DNA from: Mycolicibacterium smegmatis
Lineage (GTDB): Bacteria > Actinomycetota > Actinomycetes > Mycobacteriales > Mycobacteriaceae
NCBI RefSeq assembly: GCF_001457595.1
Contig: NZ_LN831039.1
Span: forward strand, 1,260,001-1,292,000
Direction: 5' to 3'
DNA: 32,000 bases
The translations under genes and the position numbers were made by a program. Below the pieces are notes generated by a model. That model was not told the DNA's origin. It saw nothing but the letters and a program-made list of their open reading frames with translations, and ran no database searches. Position 1 is the first letter of the stretch; every line of letters starts with the position of its first letter. Shown here one piece after another: positions 27,579 to 32,000 of the stretch.

Positions 27579-28790
27579 ATGGACCTCGTGCTCGGCCTCG
27601 CGATGACGTCGAGAGCTATCCGATGGGTGCTCGTCGAAGGAACGACGGGCGCAGGGGACGCCATCGATCGGGGCGCCATCGCGGTGGACGACGCGGCCGC
27701 CTATGAGCCGGACGGGCTCCTGCGCGGCCTGGTCGACGACACCGTCACTCAAGGAAACCGCATCCACGCCATCGGCGTCACCTGGACGTGTGACGCCGCC
27801 GTCCTCGCGACCCACGTCATGGGCGCGCTGGAGACCTGGGGCCACACCAACGTCATCGCGGTCTCCGAGGTCGAGGCCGCAGGCATCCTGGCGAGCGGCA
27901 TCGCGGAGCTCACCGGTCACGACGACATCGCGGTCTGCATCATCGAGTCCGACGCGGCCGTCGCGGCGACCGTCACCGCCGACGCCGTGTCCGCCGACCG
28001 CATCGCCCGTGCCCCTGGCGACGCCGACTCCGCGGATCTCATCGAGAACCTCAAGGCCGTGCTCCAGGAGTCCACGGGCGGACGTACCGAGGGCATCTTC
28101 CTGCTGGGCTCGGAGTGCGACGATCTGATCGTCGCGTCGCTGTCGGAGGCGGCGACCGTGCCCGTCGTCTCCTCGGCCGAAGCCGACCTCGCCTATCCGC
28201 GCGGCGCGGCACTTTCCGCCGCGTTGGCCATCAACACCCCCTCCGATGAACCCAAAGGTCTGCACCTGACGAAGGTCGGGGCGCTCTCCTCGGTGCTCGC
28301 GGCGGCCGTGGTGACCCTCGTCGTCGCGTCGTCCGCGGCCGTCGGCATCCAACTGCACCCGGGTGCGATCGCGCCGGCCGCCGAGGTCACCGACGCCGGT
28401 AAGTCCGAGCCCGCGGCGAGTAAACCGGCCACGCCCGCGGCCGCGCCTCGCCCCAAGCCGCCTGCCGCTCCAGCCCCGGCACCCGAGGCGCGCCCACCGG
28501 CACCCGAGCCCGCGGCGCCCGCGCCCGCACCTGCTGCACCTGCTCCGGTGGCCGAGGTGAACAGCGTCCCCGCGGCCGAACCACCGGCCTACGTGCCGCC
28601 GGCCCCCGCGCCGGAGCCTGCCTATGTGCCGCCCGCGCCCGAGCCGGCCTATGTGCCGCCGCCTCCGCCGGCGTTCGTCCCGCCGCCACCGCCGCCGCCG
28701 TTGAACTATCCGCAGCCGCGGTTGCGCGACCGGATCATCGAACGCATCCCGATCATCAACCGCTTCCACGAGCCCAAGCCCTGGGGCTGA
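27579..28790 (+). CDS. DUF7159-like membrane protein with Pro-rich tail
   Basis: MDLVLGLAMTSRAIRWVLVEG...; TM VLAAAVVTLVVASSAAVGIQL; repeated P.AYVPP motif in tail. Paralogous layout to 17498-19414. Confidence 0.7.
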   Translation: MDLVLGLAMTSRAIRWVLVEGTTGAGDAIDRGAIAVDDAAAYEPDGLLRGLVDDTVTQGNRIHAIGVTWTCDAAVLATHVMGALETWGHTNVIAVSEVEAAGILASGIAELTGHDDIAVCIIESDAAVAATVTADAVSADRIARAPGDADSADLIENLKAVLQESTGGRTEGIFLLGSECDDLIVASLSEAATVPVVSSAEADLAYPRGAALSAALAINTPSDEPKGLHLTKVGALSSVLAAAVVTLVVASSAAVGIQLHPGAIAPAAEVTDAGKSEPAASKPATPAAAPRPKPPAAPAPAPEARPPAPEPAAPAPAPAAPAPVAEVNSVPAAEPPAYVPPAPAPEPAYVPPAPEPAYVPPPPPAFVPPPPPPPLNYPQPRLRDRIIERIPIINRFHEPKPWG

Positions 28791-28858
28791 CTTCCCGGCC
28801 CGAGCGTGCGCACAGGGCGGAAAATCGGCGTGAAGCCCGCCCTCAAGGCACGCTCGAT

Positions 28859-30850
28859 CTAGCGCATGCGGTCCAACCGTGCCAGCCGGGTCTGCTCGGC
28901 GCGCACCATCTCGTCCTGGTGCGGGGGCGGCTCGTCGGGATGGTGGGCGAGCCGGCGGATCGGTTCGTCGATACTGCCGCGCGCCAACAGGCGATGCACC
29001 CGCACGGTGTGCAGATCGCTCAGACGCTGGGTGCGTCCGATCATGCGCCGTTCGGCGCGGGGCTGCCATTGGGGTTCGGTCACGATCGCCACCAGGGGCA
29101 TGCTCAGCCGGCGCAGATCGAGCGGGCCGACGTCCAGCTGGGCCAGCAGGGTCGCAGGGCCGCGCGCGGTCGCGAACGCGTCGAGCATCGCCTGCCGGTC
29201 CGGCACGGACTCGTCCAGTGGCCCGAAAACCGTTCCCGGCAATGCTTTTCGGATTGTTTCCAGCACGCCCGGGAAATGTGACAGGACCACCACGCGCGCG
29301 CCGTTGATGTGGGCCTCACTGATCAACTCGATGAGCCGGTCCAGCTTGGCCGACGGTCCCGGCGGCCCCGGCATACCTGACGGCCACGCGGCCTGGCGGA
29401 TCGCCGAGAAGTTGCCGCCGTCGACGGCCCGGCGGTAGCGAACACGATCCTCGCCCGTGAGCCGCACCCACTCGTCGGTCGAGATACGTTGCGGCAGTTC
29501 GGCGACAACGTCACGGTAGTCGCGACGCAGATACACCCGGTCGGCGGTGCGCCTGAACGCGATGGAGCCTTGGGCGCCGGCATTGGGCGGTACCTTGGTG
29601 GCGACGTCGGGTTGCAGGAAATCGGCGAGATGCCGGAAACCCTCGATGCGATTGTGCAGCGGAACACCCGACAGGAACAGCACACACGCGTCGGCCGTCA
29701 GCACGTTGCGCACCGCGCGGGCGCGGTCGGATTTCGGGTCGCGCAACAGGTGCGCCTCGTCGACGATCACCAGCCCGGGCCGTTCCGGCAGCGTGATCTT
29801 CGACAACGCACTGAACGTGACAATCGCCAAGCCGCCCTTGTCTTTCCATTCGGCCAGCCGTTCTTCGCGTCGGCGGCCGCGGATCTCCAAAGGCGTGAGC
29901 CACGTGTGTTTGACGGTCTCCTCGGCCCAGTGGATGCCGGTGTTGGCCGGGCAGATCACCAGGGTGTGGCGCATGGTCTCGGCCGCGGCCAGATGCGCGG
30001 CGACCGTCAGCGCCTGCAGGGTCTTGCCCAGACCCAGTTCGTCGCACAGCAGCACCCGTCGTCGCGCCAGCGCGTACTGCGCGCCGAACAGTTGGTAGCC
30101 GCGCAGTTCGGTGCGCACCAACGACCGGTCGACGTCGATCTGCGTGGCCTCCTCGGCCACCGCGGCGCCGACGAAACCTTGTGCTGCGTCGACATCGGTT
30201 GTCCCCGAGGCGAACTCCATCAAGAGTCGGTCGATCTCGGCGCCGTCGCGGCGGTAACCGGCCCACACGTCGGTCTCGGGTTTGCGGGCGCATTCGATGC
30301 GCTCGACGAGGTCGGCCACCTTGTCCAGCAACGGATCCGGTTCCTCGACTGCAGCGGCTTCGGTACGCCGCCGTCGCCCGTTGCCGTTGGGGGCCTCGAC
30401 GCGGGCCCGCACCCGGGGAAGGATGCGCCGCAGTTGCTTGGCCGGGGGCGTGGCCTTGATGAGGACCAGCAGGTCGGCCAGCAGGGCCGTGTCGCTCTCG
30501 GACTCGCGGTCCAGGCGAGGCCGGGTGGTGGTGCGGATGCGGTCGGCCATCAGCTGTGCACCGGCCTGGACGGCCTGCGCGGTCGCGATGTCGACGCCGG
30601 GTACCTGGGTGAGCAGTCGTGCGGGCACGGTGTGGACGTCGGCGACCGTGCGGTATTCGGAGTTGAGCAGGGCGCTGATGCGGGTGCCGAGCGTCAGGTA
30701 CGGGCGCACGCCGGCCAGCGGCGTGGATTGCAGCGCACGTTCGACGACGGCGTCGGTGTTGGCGCGGACGTTGGCGGCGATCTCAGCGCGAAGCGTGCCG
30801 AGGTCGGCGAGCAGGCCATCGGCACGGCGGACGAGGTCTGCGCGATCCAT
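28859..30850 (-). CDS. SNF2-like DEAH-box helicase
   Basis: LRGYQLFGAQYALARRRVLLCDELGLGKTLQALTVAAHL, VICPANTGIHWAEE, VIVDEAHLLRDPKS, FLSGVPLHNRIEGF, RMIGRTQRLSDLHTVRVHRLLARGSIDE. Confidence 0.85.
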   Translation of the reverse strand: MDRADLVRRADGLLADLGTLRAEIAANVRANTDAVVERALQSTPLAGVRPYLTLGTRISALLNSEYRTVADVHTVPARLLTQVPGVDIATAQAVQAGAQLMADRIRTTTRPRLDRESESDTALLADLLVLIKATPPAKQLRRILPRVRARVEAPNGNGRRRRTEAAAVEEPDPLLDKVADLVERIECARKPETDVWAGYRRDGAEIDRLLMEFASGTTDVDAAQGFVGAAVAEEATQIDVDRSLVRTELRGYQLFGAQYALARRRVLLCDELGLGKTLQALTVAAHLAAAETMRHTLVICPANTGIHWAEETVKHTWLTPLEIRGRRREERLAEWKDKGGLAIVTFSALSKITLPERPGLVIVDEAHLLRDPKSDRARAVRNVLTADACVLFLSGVPLHNRIEGFRHLADFLQPDVATKVPPNAGAQGSIAFRRTADRVYLRRDYRDVVAELPQRISTDEWVRLTGEDRVRYRRAVDGGNFSAIRQAAWPSGMPGPPGPSAKLDRLIELISEAHINGARVVVLSHFPGVLETIRKALPGTVFGPLDESVPDRQAMLDAFATARGPATLLAQLDVGPLDLRRLSMPLVAIVTEPQWQPRAERRMIGRTQRLSDLHTVRVHRLLARGSIDEPIRRLAHHPDEPPPHQDEMVRAEQTRLARLDRMR

Positions 30851-30913
30851 GACTCCTGATCATCGCATCTTCGCGCCGCCCGGACAGGCGCCAATTGCCC
30901 GGGCAAAGCGCAT

Positions 30914-31171
30914 TCAGAGGTCGTCGACGTCGATCAACCCGTCCTGGATCGCGCGGGCGACGAGCGCGGCCTTGGTGGTCGCGGGCCTGCCCACGGCGGC
31001 GTACTTGGCGCGGATGCGCTGCAGATGTGTTCGCACGGTGGTCGGCGCAATGTGCAGTTGACGGGCCACGCCGTCTTTGCTGTCGGTTCGGATCCACGCG
31101 AGCAGGACTTCCTTTTCGCGCGGCGCCAGCTCGGGTCGGGGGAGCGGCCTGTCGACGGGCATTGCGGTCAT
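30914..31171 (-). CDS. Stand-alone LuxR-type HTH protein, about 85 aa
   Basis: ELAPREKEVLLAWIRTDSKDGVARQLHIAPTTVRTHLQRIRAKYAAVGRPATTKAALVARAIQDGLI; start at 31171 assumed. Confidence 0.75.
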   Translation of the reverse strand: MTAMPVDRPLPRPELAPREKEVLLAWIRTDSKDGVARQLHIAPTTVRTHLQRIRAKYAAVGRPATTKAALVARAIQDGLIDVDDL

Positions 31172-31335
31172 ACGCGCGAACCTCCACACAGAGCAAAATC
31201 TGACTGGAGCTATCGTCCGTTCGGGCGATACGGAAAACAGGTGCGCTGGTCGCCTAATTGACGCGAGCTTAGTGTTATCAGCCACATGCTTTGAATTTGT
31301 CGGCAGGATCTTGCCCGCGTATCGGAGAATCAGCG

Positions 31336-32000
31336 AATGGACCACAGTCTGCGGATCCTTGTGGCCTCACCTCTTGGCCGGATCGTCGCGCCGGCGATCA
31401 AGTCGGAACTGCCCGCAGCAACGGTGGAATTCGCTGAGAACAGCGACGCGGTGCGCCGCCAGATCATCGGTCGCGTGCGGTTCGACGTCGTGATCGCCGA
31501 CCTGGTGTGGAACCACCCGGAGCTGGAGTTCACGTTCGACGGGCTCGATGTGATCGACGTGCTGCACGAGGCCAACCGGATCGCACCGGTCATCCTCACC
31601 CGGCAGGGCCACAGCCTGGAGCACGACCTGATCGACGAGGCCCGGCTGCGGCCCGAGGTGGTCTCGGCATTCCACACACCCATGGGTATCGAGGCGCTGT
31701 CCCGGTTGATCCGGGACGCCGCGGTGGGTCGTCGTCACCCGGTCATGTCGCCGACCCCGCGGAAACCCTCGCTGTACGAGCTGTTTCGGACACGCAAGGG
31801 ACAGACCACGGGCCGCCTGGCAGGCGCGATCGCCGCGGGCCGTGCCACCGACGGGGCCACTCTGGCGGCTGCGGCGGGCGTGGGCATCAACACCGCGACC
31901 AAGGTGGCGACGCACTATCTGGGGCCGGTCATGCGGATGCGCGACGAGCACGATCCGGCCCTGCCGCTGACCCTGCCCGCGGTCTACCGCTGGTGTGGTC
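31336..32000 (+). CDS. Response-regulator-like protein, receiver-like N-terminus (3' truncated by window)
   Basis: My translation from ATG 31336: MDHSLRILVASPLGRIVAPAIKSELPAATVEFAENSDAVRRQIIGRVRFDVVIADLVW...; frame remains open to window end. Confidence 0.65.

Overview
High-GC actinobacterial DNA that looks mycobacterial (PE-PPE-type exported protein, cutinase, DUF7159-like proteins). Main content, left to right: (1) the 3' part of a PE-PPE-like exported protein gene. (2) An NCS1-type permease divergent from a MurR/RpiR regulator and a tightly overlapped histidine-utilisation operon: hutU, an M20/AllC-like amidohydrolase, hutF, hutI, hutH. No classical hutG is visible, and the HutH MIO triad is Cys-Ser-Gly. 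(3) A cutinase gene whose stop is followed almost directly by an intact IS630-family element (12128-13230, TA target duplication). (4) A tandem-domain Lrp/AsnC regulator, a transporter and a D-aminoacylase-like amidohydrolase. IS and module together are bracketed by a 24-bp direct repeat spanning the convergent stop codons of the flanking genes. (5) A DUF7159-like protein, a multi-TM protein and a Ser/Thr kinase. (6) An M23-like lipoprotein. (7) The most interesting locus: two tandem, non-identical, tRNA-mimicking Y-RNA-like ncRNA genes (about 24923-25058 and 25075-25184) directly upstream of a Ro60/TROVE gene. The first has its T-arm and 3' acceptor strand before its 5' acceptor strand and D-arm (circularly permuted tRNA order). 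(8) A small lipoprotein, a second DUF7159-like protein, a SNF2-like helicase, and a divergent LuxR-type HTH / receiver-like regulator pair. Product names are from recognition of protein motifs in the supplied translations; no database search was run.
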